A stretch of 64,000 nucleotides of DNA, from contig OZ059898.1 of the NCBI GenBank assembly GCA_964057225.1, forward strand, positions 8,866,001 to 8,930,000, read 5' to 3'. Of the stretch, positions 24,303 to 38,843 are shown in pieces. A program made the position numbers and the translations under genes. This DNA is from Auanema rhodensis (lineage: Eukaryota; Animalia; Nematoda). Numbering within the stretch: position 1 is the stretch's first letter; the number at the start of each line of letters is the position of its first letter. Under the pieces are notes generated by a model that worked only from the letters and a program-made list of their open reading frames with translations, had not been told where the DNA came from and did no database searches.

Positions 24303-27300
24303 CAAACCAAAATACCATATAAAGCTGTATAATTCTATATATGTATATATTATACTTTGTTTGGAATTACAAAAATACCAAATGGAATAAACGCATAAGC
24401 GTTTTACTAAAACACAAAGATTTTTTAAAGAAAAAAAATAGAGTATTATTTATTATTATTATATTTTAAACATTATGGCTTTGTTTGAGTTGGCAGACTT
24501 CAAGCTTTTTCGAAACCCCTATTCTTTAATTGTTCTTTAATATAGAGAATAAATGAAATCTGATCATTTTATTATGACAAATATATTGGTTTGTTATGTC
24601 AGACAATATTTTAAATTGTAAAATATTACATACTAATAAAATTCTATTTTAGCTTTTCACCTACTCTACTTTTTCAGAATATTGGTGGTTCTTGAAATAT
24701 AGACAAAAATTGGATGTCATTGTATACGAAACTGAACGCTTTTGAGCTAATTCACTTATTCAGTGAAAGCTCCCTATGAATTTGCAAAAAAAAACAAAAG
24801 GCAATGCATCTTATTAGCTAACAAAAAGCTCTTTACTGCAAATGTGTCTAACCCTAAACCTATTTTCGCCCTGTGTTTACTGACCATCTTACACACACTG
24901 AGCATCCTTGTGAGAATGTCTGAATCAATTTTCCGGATTGATTCGTTTGTAGTCATTTCTTCTGCTCAAAAAATCTTTTTTGCAGTTCTTATCTTATTGT
25001 TTTTCAGAATTCTGCTTACTAAATGTAGTAGAAAAGAATTTTTTCCTACTGGTAATCTAGTCTATTTCTCAGCCCAGTGGCTCTCACCAAATTTCTTCGT
25101 GTTTTGAACACTTTGTTTTCTATTGAGTACGTATGAACACAAGTTCTAAGCATACCTCAATTTTTTCAAAAAAAAAAAAAAAAAAAAGTACTTCATTATT
25201 GTCTATGAAACTAATGACGTGTTATAAGAATCAATCATCATTTTCAACAATATAATTTATTATTTAATTTATCCAGTATTTAGATACTCCGTATTTCAAA
25301 GTTGAGTAGAATCAAATATAATCTCAAAAATCTGGATGCAATCCAAAAACATGATGTGTGATCCTGGAAAATTTTAAAAGTTCTTTCCGCCTCTTTTTCT
25401 CTGAAACAAAAAGAAAAATGTGTTAAAGATGAAACAAGAGAAAACAAAGATAAAATTGATGCAAAGCAGAAGACAGAAGACGAAGTGAGATACCTATTCA
25501 GATGTTGTAATTTTCGATTTGTCACGAAAAATTAACGGACTGATGAAAGGAAATTATTTTCACCCATTATATTTTCCTCACACATCGATAAGATTTTTTT
25601 GCAAATTGAAATAGTAAAAGTATGATTTATTTCAAAATTAAACCTCATTTTAGTATATATTTGAGTACTTTTTTATATAATAAATAATAATATATCTTAT
25701 TGAAAGGCGAGTGTCGAATAGACGGAACTACAACATATAGCAATAATAGTTAGTTTCTTTGATAAAATAACTTTGTTAACTTTTTCTTATTTTCTATATT
25801 AGATCTTAAAAACATACAATTTTCCCTATCATACATTCATGTATATATTATGTATATAAGAGTCTCAAATATATTTTTAAAATAATGCTTATACATGAAT
25901 ATATAGCTTTATAGTCCAAAACCGTCTTATTAAACTAAAACAAGCAAGAAGAAAATCGAAAATAAATATTCTATTCTTCAGAAAATCTTTAAAAATTATT
26001 CTCCGTCATATCAACACTTTTCCCTATTGTCTGATTCTTGATAAAGAACAGGTTAGGATGCTTATGAAAAATGATTTTTAAGTTTCGTATACAAGGCTGT
26101 GTCAATTGCCAGATTATAATTACTCTTCTTCTCATCAAACATATCAATACATTTTCTTTTCCATGAATCTGTCATCATATCTTTATTTCTACCCTCCAGC
26201 AGTTGTGTCAAGTAGGCAGACAAAAGAGTTACTTCATTGTATTATTTAGAAAACTATACATAAGTCTCTTATAATTACTGCTCAAATTCCCTTTGTCTTC
26301 CATATTTGAGCTAATTCAATTATAACATACACCCATCCATAGGATAAACTCATGTTTCCCAATTGCACTATCAGTTTCTATGCTATATATATTGTATGTA
26401 TAACTAAAACAATTTAATTGTTATTAAGTAATTATAATAATTATAATTATAAATTTGAAAAAATTATAATTTTTAAGGCATAAATAGATGTTTATGCGTG
26501 TCTCGAATTTATGAATTTGTTCTAAGTAATCAAATATTTATCTGTATGATTTCATGACTTCTTTTATTCTTAAGATATCCTTCAAATAAACTAACTATTT
26601 TTTTCAAATACTTACAGAATATTTCTTAATAGTTATAAGAAAGAAATATTTTATAGCCTTCAAATCAACGCCATTGAAATTGCTGTTTCAGATGACCTAC
26701 TATTCCGATTTTTCAATTTGTCTCTGACTAATCTTAGGCAGCTTTGTCCTCCACATCTGACCTCTTAGACGTTATCCGTTTCGAGTGAAACGAAAGCTGG
26801 CTCTTCGTGAGCTTAGCAACCACCCCAACTGCAACAATCGCCACTACCACCAGTAATATCACCAGCCATCAACCGACGAGTCTGCCCCCACACCCTGCCC
26901 CACCCACTCCCCCCGGGATCAAAATTGTGAAAGAGCCTTCAGAAGACAGCAATTTATCATTTATGCTTGTGCTCAAAGCAATTCCTTTCCTTCGATATTT
27001 TATCCTCTCATCCCATCCATTTAGCCATTTTGTCTTCATAGGGCAAAGACCATAAATAGAAACGCCTAATGCTTCTCCATATGCTAATGATTTTTCGAAT
27101 GGTCATGAATAGCTGATGAAAGTGCCATTCTGAAAATAAATTCTCAAAGTAGAAAAAAGAAGAAGAAGAAAGCTGAATAGATTTTGTATAAATCTAATAT
27201 TCTTTAAATATTCTAGGCTAAATAATATGTATTTTATGTCATAATCTTTTTCTTTGTTTTCATCAACTTCAAGTTTTTAGTTTTTCCTTGTCAGTAATAC

Positions 27301-28381
27301 GATGAAGCATATTCATCTTCAATTTCTTTATTCTCTGAACTATAAATAACGTTTATTGCCATTTTCTTTTAAAATTGGTTTCTTGAAATTAAATTTCATT
27401 GTTTTCTGATGTTTGTACATTTTTTTGTTTGTACCATAGCTTCATATGTATGTATATATGTATGTACATACATGTTACGTATAAAGAATATTGTTATCAC
27501 TTAGAAGACATATTTGGAATTTTAAAACTATCTCAAAAATGTTTTTCAACACAAATTATCTTTCAAGTATTAAAGGAAATATCTTTTTTTCTTCACTAAT
27601 TTTGAAGAAGATTGTGTATCATCTTCCATCTGTTTTCTAGAAATCGTTCACAAATCTAACGAAACTCAAGTAGATGTTATGATAACAGAATTCATATTTC
27701 ATTTATTTCGAAATTATGACCGCCTTCAATTAAAAAAAACTTTCTTATTTCACATATCGGCTGAATTTCGTTTTCAAAACTTTCTTCTTCCTATGATTCT
27801 CTGTGAATTTTAGTTTTCTTTCCATCTCTAATTTCTATCTCAATGACCGTTTTGAAAGATAGATGTTTGCTCATGTTATCATCTCATAATGGCTTGTTGA
27901 CACGTTGTCTCAAACTCCTGTCGCATTATATCCTTCCAATAATTCTTTTCCATTTTTCAATGCTTTAGTTTAATTTTAATTTTATTTTTTTGTTTGAATC
28001 CTTTTCTGTTTATCCGTAATTTGTGTATTTCTTCGTCTAAAAGGTTTCTTCAACATTTATATTTTACTTTTTTCAAAAGAAAATTGAGTTGTAGTTCGGA
28101 TGTTTTCCCAAATGTCGTTCTAGGCGTTGTGGATTTCTTTATTCCTAGGGGGGTTAACACGAAAAAATCCGGTGAGTAAATTCAGGAACAAATTACAATT
28201 TTTGAAGACGAATTTCCATATTTTTTCGTACTTATTCAAGAAAATATAACGTGATCAATTCTGTGAAAATGTTGACCTTTTCGTTATATTTTGATCCCAA
28301 TCATATTTTGAATAGCTTGATTTAAGTGAAAAAGCAGTCGCAACGAGATCGTGTGAAGAGCCATAGGCAATGATAGAATTG

Positions 28382-28383
<2 letters not shown>

Positions 28384-28415
<32 letters not shown>
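28384..28415. repeat. (TC)16 microsatellite
   Basis: Perfect dinucleotide run read directly. Confidence 0.95.
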
Positions 28416-28418
<3 letters not shown>

Positions 28419-31400
28419 CTCCCACTCCTGCAAACTCTCTCAACGTTAATTTCGAAATAAGCTTTCAAAATTTTTATTTCTTTCACTTATTTCTTAACTT
28501 TCATATGCTTGATCGTTCTCTTTAAACTTAATGTTTTTGAGTATTAAATCAAATGTTAGAAGTGGTGTACGTAAAAACTAAAATCTGAAATGCCACTTGG
28601 CATTATATGAGAATCTATTCATGCTGTTGAAGGTTTTCTTGGTTTTATCTCTCAGATATAAATCATAAACTGGATAGTTATCCATTTTCTTTTATATTAA
28701 TATAAATATGTCTGTGCATATGTATAGTTTCCTTTATTAAAATGCACTATGACTTCACCTCTCTATCTGTCAAAAGAAAACATCATGTAAGCTTGAAAGA
28801 TACTGGGAAATGCCTATATTTGCCCATAGGGAAGGTAATTCCCTATAGGATAAGTGGCTCTTCAGTTCAGCGATTTCTTCCACCCAATCTCTTCATCCGA
28901 TTCAATTCGATGCTTCAGCTTCATCTCGTCTCTTACAAGTCGTATGTATTGGTTGTATCTTATACATATTGGCTTCTGTACTTTTTTATTGTTTTCAGAA
29001 ACTTTTCACATACAAAAAATTATATTAGCAGTTTTAAAATATTCTTTTTGAAACAAATAAGTGTTCCAAATGTTCTAAGGGCTTGCGTTCGAGATCTGAT
29101 CTTTTATTCAAATGATTCAAGCATTAAGATGGAAATACTCACATAAACACTTTGATGAATACAAAGATGATGTCAAAGGGAACTTCAACTTTCAGACTTA
29201 TTTGCCTCTAAGATGATGTCTTACCGCATTGCTGCACTAAAAACTGAAAAATGCTCTTCAAGGAACCAAAAACTGAGAAATAGGTCAAAATTTTGTTTTT
29301 TGAAATAATTGTTTGGTGAAATATTCCGACTTCTTTTTTTTATGCTTTGAAATAATCTGAATATTTTACTCATCTTCTCTTTAATTGCTCTTCTTTAAAT
29401 TGGTAAACAATCTTTTCATTTCCTTTTTAACTGATTATATCTTGCTTTTGCATGTCTTTTATCTTTTTGTTTTTTGTTGTTTATTTGAGTGAAAATCATT
29501 CAATAATTATTTTTTCCTTATATTGCTTCGTATCTAATGATTCATTGGCTTACTAGTCTTCATCATTTAACTGATCAATGGAGAAAAATTAACCAAATAA
29601 TTCTGTGTTCGGCGCCTCCTCTTACTTTTCGTGAGAATATTCTAGTTTTAAGCAAATTAGCCTGCTTGCTCCAACATTTTCCTATGATTTTTTCCAATTT
29701 TGGATATTTTTACACAATAAAAGTTGAGTTTTATCAAGTTGTTCAAAAAATAATGTGGCAAAAATAAGTCTTCACTGAATTCAAGTGGCAGGAAATGTGA
29801 TGGCACCTTCATATTGAATGCAAAAAGGACTTTCTCTTACTAAAATAGTGTGTTTCTAAATGAAGACAATACGAGCATTTTGTGTTTTTTCTTCTCTTTA
29901 AGCCTTTTTTCGAAACCAAATACCCTCGCGAGCCAATAGATAGATCACCTCTAGTTGTTCTCTCAACTCGTGCCTATCAGATATGGAAGTAAATCTTTTA
30001 CTCTTCATATTGAGCTTTTCGAAGACTTTTCGTTATTTTAAATATCGTCTTGTAAGGTTGAGAAAACGCAAATTCAATGCTTCGTCTTAAATAATCGCTA
30101 ATCTTATTTATTATAATTATTATTAAAATAGATAAGTTGTATGTATATTGCATATTTTTGAATTGTGTAATGATTATCTATTCCTTCTCTATATATTCCT
30201 AACTCTATCCTTCAAAAATTCGGTTAAATTTAAAAATATGGCTTACATTGATACATTTCAAAAATTTGTGGTCAATAGCTCATCAACATCTGTTGTGTGT
30301 GTTTTCAAAACTTGAACTTCTCTGAAGTCAAGCACTTTATATAGTAGAAAGAGAGCAAGAGATAGAAACAGAGATAGAGAGAGAAAGAGGGAGAAAATGA
30401 GAGAAGAAAAGCTTTTTAGAGCAGAACTTTTACAACTGCTGTAGCTTGTCTATTAGTGCTTAGCAAGTCAATACTTCATTGAGCAATCGCTGGCCGAACA
30501 TTTGCCTAATTAGGAGTCATTTTGTCATCGCCTGAGCCTAGTTATCTTTCAAGTTTCCTTGCAAGTTCTCTCATTCGTTCCGTTCCGCTTCTCTGTAATC
30601 TTCTCTCTTTCTCTTTTCTTACTCACCCATCTGTCGTTGGATTTCTATTGTCACCCAATTCTCTGCCTTGAATCTGCGTCTTTTTCACTGGCACAACTTC
30701 TTCATCTTTCTTTGCTTCATGCTCCTCCGTGTTCCTGGATTGTCGTGGCTGATGTCGCGTTAGCTAATGCCGTCATCATCGCCGTTGACATCGTTGGTGT
30801 CGCCGTTCAAGCTAACAGCGCTGAGCGCCAGCCATGGCTTCCTGAAACCCTAATGAGCAGTTTGTAAGTCTTCAGCTCTCTATTCATCCATTTCAACTGG
30901 TTCCAATATTTATACTATACAACTTATATCATTTTTTACTTTCAATAATTGTCCGTTCAAGATGTAAGAGTGTAATTTGAGTATCACAAAATTCCTCAAT
31001 ATTGAAATGAAAATTTAAGAAACTTTTTCTCTAATCATACTATGTGTATATTTCTCATTTGTCACAAGGTTTTTAGCGTGTTTTTCTAGCAAGGGATTGA
31101 GACTTCCGTTCTTTAAGTCTTCAATTTCTTTTCTTTTAATCTTTCTTCGTTCGGCAAAATTATTTGTGTGCCAAAAGAACCACTTCTGTGTTTTTGTTCA
31201 TGAGATCAGGCATTCATTCAGCGTATCTGATCAGATAACTATGTATGTATATGCATATTTGGTTTTAAAATAACTTATACGTTTGTTTTATACATTTAAT
31301 CCAATATATATATATATATAATACATTGAGTTATATAAAGATTATTTTATTTATAATATAATGCTATGAAAATTCTGTTAACTCAATATAAAGCAATTGA

Positions 31401-34146
31401 ATTCAGCATTTGCCTGAGAAGCTTGCAAGGATTGCCATAATTATTTTCATTTAGTTCTCACGTGACATGCGTGAACGAGCAAATTATCATCAATAAACGT
31501 ACAAACGGTTTGCTGTTCTTTTAAATTCAAATCCCTTGCCATCATTTTTTAAAATTTTCTAATAGCATAACTAAATCTAAATACTGAAAGTATATGCTAC
31601 AAGTTATTTTCAAATAAAATTTCGTCATGTCTCTACTCTTTGAACTTTCAAAATCTCTTTTTATAAATTTATTATACTCGTCGACATAAACTTCAAGTCG
31701 CCTACTCAACATCGATTCCGAGCTGTGCTCATATCATGCAAGTATCTTCAATCTATAGTATATGTAAAGGAATATGTACATACATGTGTAGATATGTATG
31801 TAGGTGTGGGCAATGTTCCGATTCAATGTTATATTAATTTTTCGTACAAAATGTATGTTAATCTACAAATAATACCAAAAGATACATATTAACACCTTGT
31901 CAATAATTCCATTCATAGCATATCCTTCTGTTTAAGTCGCATTCCTTCCTTATAAGGAGTCGAGCAAGTTCTGATCTTTTTACTCGCTTCCTGCTTTTCA
32001 CTCTCTCGACTCTCTTTATTTCCCTTATATTTCACTAGCCGTTTATTTCTTGCTCTCTTTATTCCTCACTCTCTATCTGCTCTCATCCTCTCTAAGTTCT
32101 CTTCTCATCATTCGTTCTTTTCCTTCTTAAAAAGAATCATCTATTCGCATTATACATGAGCTAATGATTCTGCTAGTTCTCTACTTGAGCTTATCCTATT
32201 TCTATTCTTCGGACTATCTTAGTCTCAGTGTAATGGTTTGCTTTTTGTTCCAACTTGTTTCTGTTAATTTTCTATTTTCTTTTCGACTTTTCTAATTTTC
32301 GGTGATATGAACGCTGTAGCTTCCTCTCTCAGTATTGTCAATATTCTCTTCAAATTTACAAGCAAAAACGAGAATAAGCATACTATTCATACATAAAAAA
32401 GACAGAGAAAGAGAGAGAAAGAGGAACAGAGATTATAGAGAATAACAGAGAGATTGTGAAATAAAGAGATATAATGGATTTTCTAAATGAAATATAGAAT
32501 TAGGGTTTAGACGAGGAAAAGTTAAACGGAGTAAGATGAAAGAAGTAAAATACATAAATTTGTTTATACCGAATCTAAAAAAACGAATATAATTTAAAAA
32601 ATTAATCTCTTCTTTTCAAATAAAAGTTTATACACAGTGAAATCTTAGAATTTATTCATAGTTTCTGAGATTTTTCACAGAATACTTTTACGTATTTGCA
32701 TCTATGCCTCTGGTTCTCTGACCTTCCACTAAACTTTCTGCTTGTTACTCAGCTTCAGAAATCATGGCAATTTGAAGTCACGATTTCCACTGGTCATAAG
32801 ATTTGCGGATATTTTGCTTTGTTTTTGGTCCGCTGACTTTCTTAGTTCGTTCGTTCGTTCCTATTCTTTTCTTGTTAAATGAAGCGTAGGCATTCTATAG
32901 ATTCACCAACTCTCTGGAAGCTTTCATGATTGTTCTTTGTGAACGGTTATCCACTTTTTTTTTCATTTCAGGTCGTTTTACTAGTATATCTTTTTTGACC
33001 ATGTCACTTCATACATATATTCCACCCTAATAGCCTTCACTATTAAAAGTCAATGCGAAATTTATTGCAAATCTCAAACACTTTTTGATTGCAATTTTGA
33101 TTGAGTCAATTATATACATCATTTCTCTTAAACTTTTAGTCAGTTTGTACATGCACTGTCAATAAAACTACCGCCAGCTAAAACAACTTAATCATCCTGC
33201 ATTCTTTCAGTTTAACAAAAAAACTTTTATTTCAACTACGTTTTTTTGCAGATATATGTATGCCCATTTCACGTTTTCTAATTTTCTAAAGAAAGGCATG
33301 TGTTACATAAAGCTAAAACAGAAAATCGAATAGAAATCTGATTTTTTTATTTAATTTTTGCTAAATATTGATTTTGTGGTTTTATTTCACATAATGAATC
33401 TACAAATTACTTCTCTAATGTTCTTATAAGATTTTTCATTTGTTGCTAAAAGAAACCTTAATATTTGAGAATTGTAGCATATATGTATGTATGTATATTC
33501 ATACTTTTTGCTCTAAATTTTAATATTTTTAATATAGAATCGTACTTGTTTTATGTTACTTCTTATACTTGACGTTCTTTCGTCTCTTACATACACCTAT
33601 GACTTACTCTACTTCCACTATTCATATATCATTCATTCATGCACATATTCTTCCAAAATTTGATTCTTTTTTTTCAATTTTAATGTACAATTAACAAATA
33701 ATATATTTCTTTATAATTAATTGTTATATTTTATACATTTTAAATATTTTTAATTTCAACAAACTTTTCTTCTTCTTTTACTTAATATTCACATAAAATC
33801 AATTGGACTGCCTACTCTCAGTACATTTATCTCGTAAGCCGTAATCGGCATAAGTGGCCTATGTTCCTGCAGCTGTTCCTAGAACCACTATTTCTGTTCA
33901 TGTGAACTTTGAAAAATTTTCATCAAAACTAATATCATCAAATCAATGATTGTATCACAATTATCATTCTTGGTTTCTTCAGATACTACCAGCTGCAACT
34001 TCATCGTAATTTCACCTGCAATTTTTCCTTTTCAAAATATTTTATTTCGTTATTTCGGTTTTTTTGAATGTTTTTCATTATGTACATATACATTTGTTTT
34101 GTTTTTAAAAAAAACTTTCTGTTCCAGTTGATGATAATATTATGAT

Positions 34147-34897
34147 ATGGGATGCCGCTTGACGCGTACGGATTCCACGGAGCTCTGCGAAAAGGTAGGT
34201 GCTTTCTAGATACTTAATCAAACTTGATATAAAATCAATTCTTGATTATAAAGACTTTTTACGAACAAGAACTTATAGTCCGAATCACCATCCGGCAAAA
34301 ACAGAGGGCTTCCCGACAAGAGAGGTCTAGTATCAAACGGAAATTCAGGACTTCATCGCAGGGATACTCCACACAGAAATACAGATTCACAAAGGTTTTT
34401 CAATTAGGCTTTTTTTTTTTATATTTAAAAAATTTTTCTGCCTATCTTTGGTTTTTATTTATTTTGATTTATCTAAATTGTATAATGAAATTCTTTTTTT
34501 TTTATTTTTTAAACTTAAGAAATAATGTTTTTGAATTTTCTATGAATTTTTAAGAATTCAGAATTTTCTCTTTGTTATCTTCTATTAATGTTCATACATA
34601 ATTCAAATTATTTTTTCTCAGAAATGGGTCAGGAGGAGCACTATCTGTTCCAAACAAACCAATAGGGTAAGGATTTCATGAAGAATTTGTTAAAGATTAG
34701 ATTTTGTATTTTGCAGAGAAATAGAAAGCGCCAGCCAAGCTGATTTTTTCCGAATGTTGGACGATAAAATCCAAAATGTGAGTTCGTTTTTCTAATTCAA
34801 TTTTTCTCTGTTTTAATCTTTTTTTTAACAGTTTCGGAATGTCTAATAAAATTAAATTTTTCAGGGTCCTGATCTAGATTCAGAATTTGATGATTGA
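34147..34897 (+). CDS. C1orf21/DUF4612-family small protein (100 aa), probable N-terminal myristoylation/palmitoylation
   Basis: Exons 34147-34194, 34279-34394, 34622-34666, 34717-34777, 34865-34897 (303 nt, GT-AG) give MGCRLTRTDSTELCEKSESPSGKNRGLPDKRGLVSNGNSGLHRRDTPHRNTDSQRNGSGGALSVPNKPIGEIESASQADFFRMLDDKIQNGPDLDSEFDD*. The C-terminus matches human C1orf21 SESQQEFFRMLDEKIEKGRDY, which also starts MGC. Confidence 0.9.
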
Positions 34898-37800
34898 AAT
34901 TATTCAAATTAACTGTTTCATATACCTATTGTTAGAAATGATTACAACTTTCCACTTCATACATATGTATTATTTCTTGAATATTGTCTAGTCACCTTTG
35001 TGAATCTTCAGCATTTTCCTATTTTTTCTTGTAATCCTGCCGTTTCAATAGTATTTTTTTGACGACGTTACAAAATATTTCTATTAACCTAATGTATTTT
35101 TTTTTTTTGAAATTTTGAAAGTTTAATCGGGTAATTTTTCTTGTTCTTGCTTTCTTCAATTTCATAGTTTTTGTAGTAGAAGGCAAAAAATCTGAATATA
35201 TCTTGTGATCTTTTGTTCTCGGAATCTGTATACAAATGACATCATAGAATAGAAATTTTCTTATCTAGAAATCATATAACAAACCAATCTTTTCTCTTAT
35301 TTCTTATTTGCCTATCTTTATGTAATAGATAACAAAATGAATATTTTATAATTTAATATTAATTTTTATTGTTTTAATAGTAATAAGTAGCAAAGATTAT
35401 ACATTGTATTTAAAATGAATTATATAAAATAATGGATTATGAAGATAAATATATAAAATCCTTACATACATATCTAATAAGACAAATTGAATATAAAAGA
35501 GGTTTCATTCATTTATATATTTAAAAGGATCTTCATATAATTTCATTTTGTATAATGAGAAAAGCTTCAACTGTTTCAATCTAATTTACTAAATCTTTTT
35601 AATTTACTGTCTGTTATTCTGTTTGAAATTTGAAATTTGTTTCCAGCACTTTTTGAGAAAAATGGTCGAATACAATCTGGAAGAAAAATATTTATAATAA
35701 GTAATCTTATCACTAATTGTTCATTAAGAAATGATCTATAAACTATTCACATCATTTCAATATATCATATAAAGACTTTTGAATTTGAATCATTCATTAA
35801 TAAGCAAAAATGCAAGATAACTGGAGAAATCCCTCAAAATCTGAAGAAGTTTTGTAAGAGAATAGAAGAACACGACTCAATCATTTTTTAAATTTCATTC
35901 TTCTTGATATATATTTGAAGTTAAAGCTTTGTTGAAGTTATCTCTTCCTTCCGATTTCACCTTTTTTCAGTAACTGGGCCAATTCAATTAATCAGGTGTC
36001 GTTCAGTCGTTTAACAGGTGACGATGATATGTAAACATAGCGATATCTTTCTCTTATATACATCTTTGAAAATACTTTAAAACAACAGTTCGTTACCATT
36101 AAAGAATTATGTTCTTTAAGACTAATATATATATATTGGTTTTTTTCAAATATAAATTAAATATATAATTATAATTATAAATAATTTTAAAAGATTTAAT
36201 AAAAAAGTTTTTAATCTGTTCTGTGACGGATGACCTGTTGGTTAATGCACACATCATTTAATCACTTTGCTCACGAGGTTTTTGAATTTCCAGTAAATTG
36301 TCTGCTTTTTTTTCATTGAAACCAGAAAAAAGTCGTCTTCGTCAGAAAATATTTTATCTTTTCTTTTCGAAAAAATTCTCAGAAATAACTTTGGAGATTG
36401 TTTGAATATGTAACTAAAACTTTAGTAAAAACTAACCATTTTTTATGTGTATAAAGAATGGAAAAAATACTGTGACGAAGAATTAAAAAAAATGTTTGGA
36501 CTTATGAAGTCATTTCAAACAGGCGTTTTTTCATAAAGTTTAAAATTTTTTTTGCTTCCCAATAGAGTTAATCGGAGCAATAATAGATGTAAGAAAAATG
36601 AACTGAAAGTCCCAACGGCTTCTGGACAAACGACTATTAGCCATTCCAGAATTTCCATCTGTTTCAGTTTTGCTTTTCTTTCTTTCCATACTTTTTCAAA
36701 TATATCGCATTACGCAAGCCTACACATGATCCCGTCAATCATAAATGTCCTCAGAAATTCTTAAAAGTTGAATGAAATTCTATAGTTTTACATGTCATTA
36801 TGTTTTTAAACCTTTTAGTAGTTTTCTTCATACTGACTTATCTTCTCAGTCTCTCCAGAATGCTAAAATTGATGTCCAAAATGTTTCCTTGCTAAGAAGA
36901 TTTATAATCCGGATGCTAAAAACATTCAGCCTCAAGGGATTTATATTATTTACCTTTTCAAGTTTTTGTTGCACCAAAATTGAGAACTAACTCAGTTCTT
37001 TTTGATTTCAGCATATAGTTTTTTGATTTTTAGACCTCAGTGATACAAAATATGTGTCTGATATCCAATTGTTTTCACATTTTATCAAGGAAAATCTCGT
37101 ATTTTATTTATAACCAGATACATTAATTCAACGTATTTATCAAAAAGCTTTGGTTTTTTCATTTATCCGTTGTTTTTCTTTTTCTTTTTTTTCTTTTCGA
37201 CATATCTTAACGCTTCTGAAAGCAATGTAGGAGGAGCTTGATAGGCGTCATCATTTCCGACGGACTCAGGAGAAGTAGATGAAGATGTGCCAGACAAAGC
37301 AGAAGGTCATCACGGAGCTCTATCGTTCCTTTTGACAACAGCTGCTGGCCGCTCAGCATCTCATTTGTCTGTCCCTGAGTAGTTCAATCTGCTTACTCTT
37401 TCAAATAAACTATTTTCATGATTATCATACTTCCTGCGTCCTTGTCTTGAGTCTTTTTCACAACGATCTATGTTGTTGTCATCTTCTTTTAAATTTCATC
37501 ACTTACAACATTCTCCTAGATGTAGTGAGCTAATTCATTTACTTTTGCTTTATTGTCAAAATATTATGACAAATTTATAAGAAAATAAAATATTAATAAG
37601 AAATAAATATAATTAGATATTATTAATTATTATTTCATGTAGTTAATATCATGTTTTTCAAAGATTTAAACCTTTCAACAATATGTATATTAGTATAAAC
37701 TTTTCTTGGACTTCTTCTAAACATTTCGAAATGTAGATCCTTTCAATTTTCATTTTAGTCTGTTTATTTCTCGAATGAGATTATCTATATGGTTAGTTTG

Positions 37801-38843
37801 TAGAAATTTTATAATAATCATCTTACATTTTCTCCAACATTTCTTTCATTTACAAGCTTATTGAATAACTTTGAATTAGATTATATTTGTTTTTATATTT
37901 CATAGTGAACGTTTAAAAATAAAAGATAATCGTCATCAATGATGATGACATTCAATTCACTTTCAATTTCTTACTTCCTTCCTTGTGCTTTTATGCATAT
38001 GCTTTCATTTCAGTTTTTTCAAATTAAAAAAAAAGTAACTGCACTCCAAAACCAATGCATAAATGAGATGAATTTCAGAAATACATGTGTAATTCATGCT
38101 TAATACAACTTTTCTTTGTCATTTTATCTCAAGAACATTCGCTTTATGTATTGTGCAAGTTTGCAAGCTCATATTGATCCAATCGTATGCTGTTCAGTTA
38201 TTTACTAATTGAAAACTAATTCTCATTTTTTGTGAATTAACTTTAATCTTATGGAAAGTCAACGTTTGCATCGCTTTATGAGGTTAAAAGAATCTTCACT
38301 ATTGTTCAGGTTTTTCCATATTTTCTTGAGCTTTTGTTGTTGCTTGTGGGATTCAACGCATAAGAAACTTGGTCAGTAAAGTCGTCATAAGCTAATTTTC
38401 TCGTCATTTCATCTCTAGATTGATTCAAAATTTCCAAATTAGGGATGAATCATATGAGATGATTGGAACTTTATAAGTATATACATATGTATATAGTATA
38501 AATATTATATATATATATACTATATAGTGTATTTGAAATTCAAAAAATAGCTATTTTCATGTTTTAAAAAAAATGTTTTTCTCTCATTAGATTTTCTTTC
38601 ATGAATGACGTTTTCTTTACTATGTATGTGGAGGAATAATGTTATAACATTCATTAATTATGTAATTCAATATTTTATATTAAAGGATGTCTTTTAATGA
38701 ATTATAAAATAGTCCTATATTATATACTTATACAAACTTTTTTTTTTATATTACTTGTTTACTTTTATAATTTTGTCTATTGTTTCTAATTATTTATACA
38801 TACATATCTATATCTATATAAACACAAATACATATGTCTTAAG

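Noticed and set aside
26807-27055. Thr/Pro-rich 82-aa ORF
   Set aside because: GTG start, C-rich low-complexity DNA and no convincing splice partners; more likely a regulatory island.
37372-37393. TCCCTGAGtagttcaatctgct, a lin-4/miR-237/miR-125 seed match
   Set aside because: No adequately complementary 3' arm follows, so a pre-miRNA hairpin is not supported.
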